The position numbers were made by a program, and so were the translations under genes. From Octopus sinensis (Eukaryota), in the NCBI RefSeq assembly GCF_006345805.1, contig NC_043003.1:67456001-67520000 (forward strand): a DNA stretch of 64,000 nt, in the 5' to 3' direction. This document shows positions 1 through 10,984 of this stretch, one piece after another. Below the pieces are notes generated by a model that saw only the letters and a program-made list of their open reading frames with translations, had not been told where the DNA came from and ran no database searches. The stretch's first letter is position 1, and the number at the start of each line of letters is the position of its first letter.

Positions 1-136
1 GAATTCCTTTTATTAATATATTCTTCTATACACAATCACACACACCCGTATATATATCTATATCTATATATATACATATATATGTACATACATATAGATA
101 TAGATATACATATATATATGATATATCTATAGAATG

Positions 137-167
<31 letters not shown>

Positions 168-242
168 ACCCATGGAAAACGAACTTCCTCCAACTATATT
201 GCCTATGTCTGCAGCTCAAGCAACAATGATATCCAGAGGTAA

Positions 243-330
243 TACAGTATGATCGCTTCATGCAATTCCACGTAATTGAACAATGCAATCATTGCATTAA
301 TTTAAAATACAGATCAAATCTTCAGCTACG
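243..330 (-). ncRNA. Decayed type I hammerhead ribozyme motif (left arm of palindrome)
   Basis: Minus strand reads TAG-CTGAAGA...TGCAT-GAAG-CGATCA-TA-CTGTA. It is an inverted homologue of the 431-517 motif with GAAA>GAAG and a broken stem III. Confidence 0.45.
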
Positions 331-430
331 CAAAGACATAGATATTAATTAAATCAGAACAGATGGACACATTACTATATATTATAATAAGGTGCCATCT
401 TTTCTAATTTGATTAAATTCCATGTCTTTT

Positions 431-517
431 TGCAGCTGAAGATTGCTCTGCATTTTAAATTGGTGCAATGATTGCACTGTTCAATTAAATGGAGTTGCAG
501 GAAACGACCGTACTGTA
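431..517 (+). ncRNA. Type I hammerhead ribozyme motif
   Basis: Stem I TGCAG(431-435)/CTGTA(513-517); core CTGAAGA 436-442; stem II TTGC...GCAG with a long insert; GAAA 501-504; stem III AC-GACC-GT; GUA cleavage triplet 510-512. Confidence 0.65.
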
Positions 518-619
518 TTACCTCTGGATATCCTTGTTGTTTATTTTGATTTTAATCACCTTACTTTGAAATTGTATGCATAATACCGTACAAAATTCTG
601 GTGCCTCTACTTAAGTACC

Positions 620-765
620 ATATTCATCTGAATCTATCTATATATACATATATACATGTTTGTGTGTATGTGTGTGCGTATACGTACATTCATACACACA
701 CACATATATATATATATATATGTGTGTGTATGTGTGTTCGTATGCGTACATTCATACACACACAC

Positions 766-797
<32 letters not shown>

Positions 798-835
798 ATG
801 AATGTATGTATACGCACATATATATATATATACCC

Positions 836-867
<32 letters not shown>

Positions 868-965
868 ATGAATGTATGTATATGCACACACATACACACA
901 AACATCTATGTCTTTGTGTAGCTGAAGATTTGATCTGCATTTTAAATATGACCATTCCGAAATAT

Positions 966-1007
<42 letters not shown>
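620..1007. repeat. Compound (TG)n/(AT)n/(CA)n microsatellite-minisatellite with repeated TACATTCATACACAC and GTGTGTATGAATGTA units
   Basis: Directly visible repeated units in both orientations; source of the ORFs at 601-1034. Confidence 0.9.
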
Positions 1008-1011
<4 letters not shown>

Positions 1012-1195
1012 TAGTAAATAAATGGCACAACTAAGTACCGATATTTACTGGAAATAGCGAACGTAAAAATACGACGCTAATGTGTAGCTTCACCGCGTAT
1101 GTATTAGTAAAAATGCGTGTGTGCAACAAAATAGAGAAAAAAAAAAACCGTCTTACCTCCAGGGAGAACATCTGAAAGATGAAACACCCGGAAAT

Positions 1196-1282
1196 GGATA
1201 ATGTGGTACCTGCAGGTTTCAGGTTTTGCAAGATATGTCTCTCACCCATATTTGCTTTACCTTCTTCAGCCAAACATATACC
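1196..1282 (-). ncRNA. Type I hammerhead ribozyme motif, well paired
   Basis: Minus strand: ATGttTGG-CTGAAGA(1269-1263)-AGGT-aaa-GCAA-ATATG-[9 nt]-CATAT-c-TTGC-aaa-ACCT-GAAA(1220-1217)-CCTGCAGG-T-A(1207)-CCACAT. All core nucleotides are canonical; stem III palindromic; GUA triplet. Confidence 0.75.
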
Positions 1283-1831
1283 AAGACGAAACTACGATGT
1301 TACCACATAAATACTAACACACTCGACTGAAATACGGAACGCTAACAGTACGAGAAACGGTGAAGAAGTTTCAAAATATCAGTAATGCAATACAAAGTAT
1401 TGCCTTCCAGTAAAAAGTAGCCCGTGAGGGAAAAATACTCATACATATATATATATATACATAAAAGTACACACAGACACATCTAAATGCCAACATTTTT
1501 CGACTTCATACTTTTATGTAATTTAGCTGAGAAAGATCTTACATAATGAATGCATTTCCAATTACATTCAGAGAAGAACCGTATGCATTGAGTTCAAATC
1601 TTCTCTATTCATTATTGCAACTGAATAGGACTCAATGCCAGTAAAAGCCAGGTGTTACAGATTCCATTTCTACGGATACTCAAATGATGATTTGGCTTAG
1701 TTCATTATAATTGAAACGAGTCGACAATTCTGATGCATGCACCGCTTCTTACCATAGCATGAAATACACATACAAACGGATATTCTCACATGTAAACTCA
1801 AAGACACACGTATTTATGTGTGTGTGTGTGT

Positions 1832-1868
<37 letters not shown>

Positions 1869-2310
1869 ACTGACGCATGAGTGTGTGTTTGTACATATAT
1901 CCCATTCATACATTTCCATATATATACGTCCAAACATCCATGCAGAATTTCTTCCTCTTATCGACTAAATTCCAATGGAGTGCCTTTGTTTGCGAAGAAA
2001 GGCCGAGTTTAAATTTACGAAACAAATCTAGAAATGTATGTACATCCATACCAACATGATTAACTCATGCACATACACGCATGCATACATGGCAGCTTAT
2101 AAATATACACCCACACTATTGCAAACGAAGGTATGAATCGTGTTGTGAGAAACCATCTGCGTCTTATTCCGTTCCTAATCTTCCATACATCTGAATAAAT
2201 ATATGAAAGGCGCTTTGTTTTGTTCACATATTTGTACTTCTATTTAAATCGCAGCAAACTATTGTTATTATCGAAATCGTCTTTATCGTTTAATATTCAA
2301 TATTCGTCTA

Positions 2311-2678
2311 TTCTTTTATTTGTTTCAGCCATTTGACGGCGGGCATGCTTGAGCATTGCCTTTAGTCGAACAATTCGAGCCAAGGACCTATTCTTTGTAA
2401 GCCAAGTACTTATTCTATCGGTTTGTTTTGCCGAACCGGTAAGTTACGGAGAAGTGAACATATCAGCATCGGTTATCAAGCGATTGTGGGGATACAAACA
2501 CAGAAACACACACTCACACACGCACATATATGACGGGCTTCTTTCAGTTTCCTCTACCAAATCCACTCACAAGGTTTTAGTCGGTCTATAATAAAATACA
2601 CTTGCCCAAGGTGCCACACAGTGAGACTGAACTCAGAATCATGTGGTTGGTAAGCAAGCTACTTACCACACAGCCACG
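2311..2678 (-). mobile_element. tRNA-headed SINE, local family A
   Basis: Reverse complement of the family seen at 27830, 40173 and 54777: A-box-like TGGCTGTGTGG, B-box-like element, CTTGGGCAAGTG core, internal (TG)n, AAAAGA tail. Confidence 0.85.
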
Positions 2679-3399
2679 GATTTTTTTTATGGCGCAAGCG
2701 CAGTTAGAGACATCATTGTATACAGGAACTGAAACAAATACACGGACATTATTTTGATCTTTTGTACTTCGTCCTATTTTCTTTTTTGTGCGTCTTTCTT
2801 GAAGCGACAGACTTTCCCGAATATTCTAGTGATGATGTTAGCGATGAAGTTTTCTTTTTTTTCTTCTCATTATTGCCTCTCGGTAAACACGTGATGACCC
2901 CCATTATCTCTCGATTTGTCTTTATTCCCCCTTTTTCTGTTGTCCCTCTCTCTTTCTCCTTCCTATTTCTTCTTTTTTTTTTTGTTTTTGCTTATTCGAT
3001 TTGTTCTAAATGATTTCTTGGCGCAAGACACAATAGTGGACGTTGAATTTGACTGAACTTACCACCCCCAACACTGTTTAAAATTTATGCTACTGTTAGC
3101 GCTAACCGATACGTGAATTCTTCTAATAATAATGATGGTGATGGCGATAATGGTGATGGTGATGATGATGATTATGATGAGTGTCATCATCATCATCATC
3201 ATCACCATCACCATCATGGTGATGGTTTAGTTACTCTGCAGTCAACTCGCTTAATTTATTTCTTTCTTTTTGAATTAATTTGCAGAAGCTGTAAGGCTTT
3301 CCACCAAATGTTTCAATGATGGAGATGATGATGTTCTTTCGTGGTTGTTGCTGTGCTGCCGTTGCTATTTCGATGTTTTTCTCTTACACTTCGATAACA

Positions 3400-3440
<41 letters not shown>

Positions 3441-3765
3441 ACACACACACATAGATGTTGACCATTCTCTTTCGAATTCTCTTCTCTCTCTTCCTGCTAA
3501 TTTTATTCTCTTATCTATTGATTTGTGGTAAACATTTGTTTTCGAAAACACTCAATGGTAAACATTAGGTTCGATTACACCTACAGGAACAGATATTTCC
3601 GCCTCTCACCGCCGCTGAATCACTCACATCCTATCACTCTATACTAAATGTGTTCCCATCCTCGTCGCTCCTAACATACGTAGAACTATACCGGTGTAAT
3701 TCGTCTAAGAATCCTCATTACACATCTCCTTATATAATGATGAGTGTAGTGTTTTTATATATTTG

Positions 3766-3804
<39 letters not shown>

Positions 3805-3819
3805 ATATATATATATATA

Positions 3820-3856
<37 letters not shown>

Positions 3857-4199
3857 TGTGTGGTGTGTGTGTGTGTGTGTGTGTGGTGTGTGTGTGTGTG
3901 GTGTGTGTGTGTGTGTTCAGAATCACGACAGACACGGAGGAGAGAAAATAGTAATTCAGTGAAGAAGTAGTGAGAGTCAAAGCTTTGACCGAGAGGGAGT
4001 GAGAGAAAGTAATTGAAGTGAGGGAAAGCAAGGGGTGATAGACGAATAAGGAAAGAAGAGGTTTTAAAAAATCAGCGTTTCAACTCTGTGTCAGTATATT
4101 GTGTATGTGTGTGCGTATACAAGGGAAGTATGTGAATGTATGTGTGATTGCTATGTACCTTAGTTATATATAAAATATTACAATTAGCCGTCATTATTG

Positions 4200-4540
4200 A
4201 CGGCAGGTGGTAAGTTAGTGAATAATGTGATTACCAATAGAGTAAATACCAAACAAATAAGTAGCCAGAAATGAAGGCATTGTGGAAGACGAAGGCAACA
4301 GTTGTTCCTGTTATAATTGGTGCACACTGCTACCGAAGAGGCTGAAGGATATGAAAATTGGAATTCGCATTGTTGACATGCAGAAAAGTGCAATATTGTA
4401 TCCTGTAAGGATACGAAGACTGGTTCTTGATATTTCAAGGGGATTTGTTACCACCAGACGTCAGATGATTACCCTACTGAACAAATTATCATCTAATACC
4501 TTAATAAAAAGAAAAATATAACAACTACAATAATAATAAT
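4200..4540 (+). mobile_element. R4/Dong-type non-LTR retrotransposon 3' remnant
   Basis: Reads EMKALWKTKATVVPVIIGA and QKSAILYPVRIRRLVL, matching the RLE C-terminal pattern (LW..VVP.IIG.LG; LQK..LLGT..I.R.VL); ends in a short (AAT)n. Confidence 0.6.
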
Positions 4541-4689
4541 ACTCCTTTCTAAATAGACGATTTGAATTTTTTCAGGGCTAGCAGAAGTTGTTTTGATTCC
4601 CTTATTCAGTCCGTATAAAATTTCTATCTAGTCATTCAGAAGGCATTTGAAATAAAGAAATACGTTAGTAGTTGACTGACGAGAGCGCG

Positions 4690-5700
4690 AAAAGTAGACA
4701 GCAATGGAGTAAACCTTCCAGATGACGAGCAGATGAGAGAAGTGACGGGAGAGGGTTAAAATTAATTTGGTCTTATAGAATTAGGCCAGGCGATGAAAAC
4801 TGAGATGAATGAGAAAGTTGCAGCTGTACTGTGTGAGAAGGTGATCAATGATAATGATGATACGCTCCAGGAGTAAAATATGAAGAAGAATAGAGAAAAT
4901 ATTATCAAGAGGAAAGAGGAAGTCTTACACGGAGAGGTTTTTCCAACAAACATCAGATGAAGCTGAGGAAGACTCCTGGAGAGGAATAAGACGGCCATAT
5001 AAAGAAGGAAACAGGAGTGGTTCTAGTTGCTCAAGAACAAGCTTTGAGAACCAACTAAACAGTTGCATTGATAAAAGAGGTGTATCAGGTTTGTGTAGAC
5101 TATGTAGAGAGACAGATGAGATAATTATCGGATGCACAAAAGCGACTGAAAAAGAGTACAAAAATTCTACAACAAAGTGGCATTTTTGTACGCATTGGGA
5201 GATATCCAAAAATTATGAGCTAGAAAAGAAACCTTTTCTAGTAACCGACAATGACCAAGTGAAACTCATACGGGATACGCCAATAAATATAGACAACAAA
5301 CTGAAACATAACCGAGCAGATACCACTGTCCTAATGAAGGAGTGAATAGAACGGATCTTCATCGACATAGCAATACCTGCAGACTAGAATATTGTGAAAT
5401 CAGGGTCCGAGAAAGTCGGGCAAAACTAAGACCAAGGATTGTATGTGAAAAGAATCCATAGAGCCTCAAAAGTTAATGTGGTGCCTTCTGTGATCGGATT
5501 ATTTGGGACCACCTCAAAGAGAGAAATTCTAACATCAAAAGCTGCAAAAGCGAAGCTTCTCCAAGAATCCTCATTATACATCTCCTATTTAGTCGAGCTG
5601 CAATATTTGGAACAAGTCATGGGTCGAGAAAAGTATTGCGTCTCTAGGTTGCGGGTAGGAACTGAGTTGTGACATAGATAAATCAAGAGAAATTAAGTGA
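4690..5700 (+). pseudogene. Degenerate R4/Dong-type LINE: RT C-terminus, zinc knuckle, restriction-like endonuclease, 3' UTR
   Basis: Frameshifted motifs RSDGRGL, VLHGE, GHIKKETGVVLVAQEQALRTN, CRLCRETDEIIIGC, HNRADT, FIDIAIP, VVPSVIGLFG. Confidence 0.75.
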
Positions 5701-5709
5701 ATAGATTCT

Positions 5710-5877
5710 GGTCAATTATATCGACCCCAGTGTTCAACTAGTACTTATTTTATCGACCCCGAAAGGATGAAAAGCAAAGTCGACCTCGGCAGAATTTAAA
5801 CTCGGAGTGTAGCGACAAAAAAAATGCCGCTAAGCATTTCGTCCGGCGTACTAACGATTCTGCCAACTCATCGCCTT
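5710..5877 (-). mobile_element. SINE, local family B (antisense, inside LINE 3' end)
   Basis: CCCCGAAAGGATGAAAAGCAAAGTCGACCTCGGC core shared with more than 10 copies in the window. Confidence 0.85.
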
Positions 5878-5878
5878 C

Positions 5879-5947
<69 letters not shown>
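5879..5947 (+). repeat. (AAT)n microsatellite
   Basis: Pure AAT run directly after the LINE/SINE composite. Confidence 0.95.
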
Positions 5948-5957
5948 CCTAAGAATA

Positions 5958-6105
5958 ATCCTTTCTACTATAGGCACAAGACCTGAACTTTTGGGTTGGT
6001 AGTAAGTCGATTACATCGACCCCATTGTTTCACCGGTACATAATTTATCGAACCCGAAAGGATGAAATGCAAACTCTACCTCAGAACGTGAAGTTAGACG
6101 AAATG
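5958..6105 (-). mobile_element. SINE family B, AGGCACAAG-type tail
   Basis: GTCGATTACATCGACCCC...CCCGAAAGGATGAAA core. Confidence 0.7.
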
Positions 6106-6849
6106 CCTGGACTTCAAATCAGAACTTAAGGAAATAAATAAATACCACAAAGCATCTTACACATCTTTCCGTGCCAGCTTCTACAGGTATGTTCAATTGT
6201 ATGAACAACAATACACTGTGCATTTCATCGATGTTCGTTTATAGCCTGAATAATTTGAATTTTTTTCTAAAGTGAATTATATCGCAAACCCTTTTCACAG
6301 TTGCACAGAATTGTAATTTAACACTACGATTTTCACCGATAAACATTGTGGTGGAAACGTAATTCAATGCAGCCATTCCTTTATCATAAATACCCTCAGT
6401 AAATTGCAAAGCAGTGCATTTGTTTTACCAGTGTGCATACAAACACAATAGAATCAAGTACAAATTAGCGTTTTTTTCCTTGCAAATTTATTCAACGTGC
6501 AGTTTTTAACAATACATATTCAGGTGAAAGCGAAATCAAACTCGGAACAACGTAGTTTGTTCAGTTAACTCATTAGAAAAGTGCTATGGGGCTACTTATG
6601 ATAATAGGTACCTGGGTTCTTAAAAATATCTTTCAAATCACATTCCTTCAAACTAATTGTGAAGTTAAAATCCGCTCAAACTGCAATATAAATTTCCTTC
6701 ATTGTTAAACCATTTAAATGAATTCACCTGGAATATATTTTGACTCACGTAATGATGGATGGATAAGATATAAATTTTATCCATTCAGTCTTCCATTCAT
6801 TTTCTCAGCTTGCTAATCCTGATAAGATCATGGGATGGGGCGGTGTAGA

Positions 6850-7085
6850 GTCCGCTAGCATATCCTGCATGAGATCCTATTAGAAGCAACCGTTGTAATA
6901 CTTCCATTCTGGATTCCTAAACGTAACCAACTGATATTTTGGATATTGTCCAACCATATTATTACTGGTCTACACCTAGGTCTCCTACCTGTTAGCTTAA
7001 CTTGAACAACCTATATTGTGATTCTTTCCCGTGATATTCTCAACCCATGTCTGTAGTACTGGACATGTGATTAGACCCAAGTAGT
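6850..7085 (-). mobile_element. RTE-type LINE 3' remnant
   Basis: Minus frame GRRPRCRPVIIWLDNI resembles the RTE ORF C-terminal G.R.RGRP...W.D motif. Confidence 0.45.
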
Positions 7086-7125
7086 ACGGGTATATAACGA
7101 GAATATAGCTGAAAATAGTCCCATC

Positions 7126-7160
<35 letters not shown>

Positions 7161-7708
7161 TATATATATATACATGGCAATTTTTATCTGTCTGTAACTA
7201 TCTTATTGCCTACACCAGTGAATCAATCTTGAAGATACTTTGTATTCATATTAGACTAATATCCAATTAAATCATAGGCTAATTGGATTTCAATGAAAAG
7301 CTAAAACGGATCCCCTAGGAAAAACACATCTACTGATATGAATTAAGTAAGGCTTCTGTAAGACTCAACTATGAACTCTTTCATGTAAATAGCGAGCGAC
7401 GTTTGTGAGAATAACACAGTTTTCCAAAAGGAAAATATTTCAGCATGAAGGGCCCGTACGCAGTTCACATTAAGGACACGATAAACGGCAGGGATCGTGG
7501 ATAGGACATGGTACAATGTAATCACCACTGACCTGGAAGTTGGTTTATCATGAGATTAATTTAATGAATTAAATCCAAATCAACATAACATCTTAAACAT
7601 TTTTATCGTGCAACACGAGGTACAGTCACGCTACGTTAAGCTACGACAACGCCAGCTACAATACGCGGGCTATTTGTCAATGGATTTTTATATCGTTCTA
7701 TTTATCTG

Positions 7709-8150
7709 ATTTATTTTATTCAGATGCATATTCGTTTGTTAAAATAATATAGGGACATTCAGTATTCACCGACTAATCGAATTAATAGTTTGTAATACCT
7801 ATTTTTAGCAATAAACTATTATCATACACGACGGGTTGGGCATCAAGGCGGGAACTGAAGAGGAAAAATGATAGGTCATGGAACAGTGTAATGGCAAGCG
7901 GAACTGGAAATAAACTCACTTTCCATGTATTAGCGGTCAACTCATTTATTTTATTCAGATGCATATTCGTTTGTTAAAACAATATAGGGAAACTCCTTAT
8001 TCCCCCACTTATTGCATTACGAGATTGTAATACCTTTTTTTTTTCAGAATGTATTTAATGGCGTAATTACATCTAACTGTTTCTAAAATTTATATATTGA
8101 TATAGGATAGGAATGGGAGCGGAAGTAACACGGGAACTGAACTGGAAATT
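7709..8150 (+). repeat. Diverged direct repeat, period 235 bp
   Basis: ATTTATTTTATTCAGATGCATATTCGTTTGTTAAAA(T/C)AATATAGGGA at 7709-7755 and 7944-7990; weaker similarity continues (TTGTAATACCT, GGAACTG). Confidence 0.75.
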
Positions 8151-8157
8151 AGAGAGG

Positions 8158-8373
8158 CCCCCACCTAAACGGGGCGCCGGTTCGGCGCAAGTGAGGATGC
8201 AAGAAGCAAGAGTGAAAGTTGTGGCGAAAGAGTCAACAGAAGTTCGCCATTACCTTCTGCCGGAACCGCATGGAGCTTAGGTGTTTCGCTCATAAACACA
8301 CACATCGCTCGGTCTGAGTTTCGAACCCGCGACCCCTCGACCGCGAGTCCGCTGCGCTAACCACTAGGCCATG
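8158..8373 (-). mobile_element. tRNA-headed SINE, local family C
   Basis: Minus strand TGGCCTAGTGGTTAGCGC...GGTTCGAAAC (A/B boxes), then GAGCGAAACACCTAAGCTCC body shared with 13350. Confidence 0.75.
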
Positions 8374-8675
8374 TTCCTCATCCGTGACAATAAAATAGAT
8401 TTGCTATATTACCAAGAAAAAATAATTCTCGTGTGCCTCCTATTTAAAAGAATGTATCAAATTTAAAAACTAAAATATTTTCAAATCTGTTTTCATTAAG
8501 AAATTCGATTTACTGTCAATAAGAAATTACATTTTGATTGACGTATACTCCATGAAGGCCATTTACGGCCAATATATTTCCAACTTCTATGAAAATTAAG
8601 TGGAAACTATGTTATAAAGACGTAATTTTATTCTTTTCATATTATTGAAAAATAAATGAATAAGAATCAATACTG

Positions 8676-8878
8676 GTTTCAAATTTTAGCACAAGGCCAG
8701 CAATTTCAGTGGAGAGGGAAAATCGATTACATCGATTGATATGCATAATTGGTACTTATTTTATCGATGAAAGATACACTCTGCTGCAGCGTGACTGGAA
8801 CCCTCAACGTAAAGACGGACGAAATGCTTTTTACCCTTTCGCCCGGCATCTTAACGATTCTGACGGCTCGCGACCATC
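8676..8878 (-). mobile_element. SINE family B, degenerate
   Basis: GATTACATCGA...GGTACTTATTTTATCGA, CGAAATGC, AACGATTCTG; GCACAAGGCCAGCAATT tail. Confidence 0.6.
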
Positions 8879-10061
8879 ATAAGAATTAATTATCCATATT
8901 TGTGGAAGCATACGCACGATGAAATATGTAAATCCATAATTACACAAGGAGGCTTTCGTCTACATGTATATACACAGGAACGTTCCTATATGCGTGCGTA
9001 AAGATGGATGTATATAATCTGAAAGAATTTTCAGCGTTCAAAATGTAGTCTATAAATAATTTATTTAATATCATCCATAGTTTCCATTGGTAAAGAACTC
9101 AACATATCCACTTGAAAGGAAACAACGAGGAAATCAATCTTGCTACGTTGCTGTAATTATAAAGGAGGCCTATACAACATATATTATTCAGCGCTTCCGA
9201 TCTTTCGATGTTTTTATTTTACAATATATGATTTGATTATATTATATAAAATACAGGACGGATTTGATAGTGGTCAATCAAACTTTACCCAATTGATTCA
9301 GAGGCAACTAATTATGGTACTTATTGTAAAAAGGGAAACTTGTAAAATATCAATAGAGTTTTAGTATTAATTCGCTCACATGTTCGAGCATGAAATCATG
9401 TTTTTCAAAAGATACAGAAAAGATTTCTCATAATCTTATCTTGCAACTGTTGTAAATTCTCCAACGTACCTAATTAGATTTATGATTGTACAAGAATAAG
9501 AAATACTTCAAGGGATGCAATAAATAACATTTGAACTTTGTAAAGGATTATTCTTTGATCATAACTGAATGGAAGAAAAATAAATATTTCCTCGACAAAT
9601 GAAATGCTTTGAGAATTGTGCGAACCAAATAGAATCCGCAGCTTTATTTCATTTCGCGGGATAACTAGTGGTCTTGAGTTGCATTGACCCTGCTTGCCTG
9701 TGAAACAAAATTTAATGTGCAGGTGGAACACTGTCCTCCGGGGATTTTCCCCTAATCATTATGCTAAGGACTATATCATATTATATCTGTATTTTTCTCT
9801 GTGTGAGTGTGTTTGTGTGTCTGTTTATGTGCCTCTAGTAAAGAACACATACTGACAGTTATGAATATATTATATACAGTATCCTAAATTGTATCTGACA
9901 CCAACTAAAATTTATTTTCCAAGGGAAATAATGTATACACACACACACACATACACACACACACCACATGCACAAACACATATATGTATATACATATGTA
10001 TGTATGAGTGTGTGTATGTATAGTGTGTGTCTGTATGTGTTTTTGTGCACGTATACTATAC

Positions 10062-10130
<69 letters not shown>

Positions 10131-10549
10131 TATACGCGCGTATCTCTATCTGTGTTTGTGTAGGTAGACTAGTGTTTACAGTTTGTAATCATAATTACAG
10201 GATCATAGTTTCGAATTTTGGCCTGGGCAGTGCGTTACATTCCAAAACAAAACCCTTCCTTTCAAGTTGCTCAGCTGAAAAAAATGTCCTCCTGCAACGG
10301 ACCGGTGTCCCGTTCAGTGGGAATGGCTGTATTTTCGGTCACTTGTACAGCACTGGAACTGGGTAATCGGCAATATGCGTTCTTCGACTGAAACCGACTT
10401 ATCTATACGTGTATGTGTGTCTGCGCGCGTAATTGTGCGTGTGTATGACCATGTGTGTTTCTGCATACGTATGCGTTTATACATCGAGTCACCCTTTCCT
10501 TCCTATGCTTCTCTCTCTCTCTCTCAATATATATATATATATAATATAC

Positions 10550-10705
10550 AGGGAGCGTTTACGAAAAAAACCAAAAGACGAACTCAGGTGGTGTCCAAAA
10601 CAAACAGATGTATTAGTATAACGCTCAGGAACAGAAAAAGTCTCTTACGTTCCGAGCCCACGCTCCTCTACAGAAAGGGACACAGAAAGAAACAAGGGGA
10701 GAAAA
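10550..10705 (-). mobile_element. Short repeat carrying a variant minimal hammerhead (probable PLE pseudo-LTR)
   Basis: Close homologue of 51925-52095. Minus strand CTTT-CTGTAGA-G-GAGC-GTGG-GCTC-GGAA-CG-TA-AGAG at 10679-10641. Confidence 0.65.
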
Positions 10706-10984
10706 AAATGTGTGTAGTGGCTAACGATCTATCATAGCGACTGACTCGGACAGAAGGGTCATACACGAGAGAGGAAAGTAGGAGAGATAACAAAGTAAAG
10801 ATGACCCCCAACACGACGGTGCATGTGTGTATAAGAGAGTCTGTATGTGCGTGTAAAATAGTGCTGGTGGTCTGGACGTGTGCGTGTATGTATGTGTAGG
10901 TGTGAGAACGTGGGAATGGGTGTGCGGATGGTGTGTTATGATGTGATGTGTAATGTTGTATAGTGTAGTGTGGTGTGGTGTGAT

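Larger units (their letters stand above)
222..539. repeat. Imperfect fold-back palindrome (~320 bp) centred near 380
   Basis: The reverse complement of 222-378 aligns end to end with 381-539, e.g. ATCCAGAGGTAATACAGTA vs TACTGTATTACCTCTGGAT and AAATCAGAACAGATGG vs CCATCTTTTCTAATTT. Confidence 0.9.

Noticed and set aside
1157-1326. Minus-strand exon ending at GAG|GTAAGA
   Set aside because: All three frames from the upstream acceptor hit stops; the region is better explained as a hammerhead.
2770-2990. Lys/Ser-rich minus-strand open frame (MGVITCLPRGNNEKKKKK...)
   Set aside because: Produced by a purine-rich low-complexity strand; no splice context or homology.
4674-4700. CTGACGA-GAGCGC-GAAA
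   Set aside because: No stem I or III complement and no NUH in position; lies in LINE sequence.
7470-7532. Possible minus-strand terminal exon VSGDYIVPCPIHDPCRLSCP*
   Set aside because: Only an acceptor and 20 codons; no partner exon or homology.
8330-8373. tRNA-like heads of SINEs as tRNA genes
   Set aside because: A/B boxes run into SINE bodies; no complete cloverleaf.
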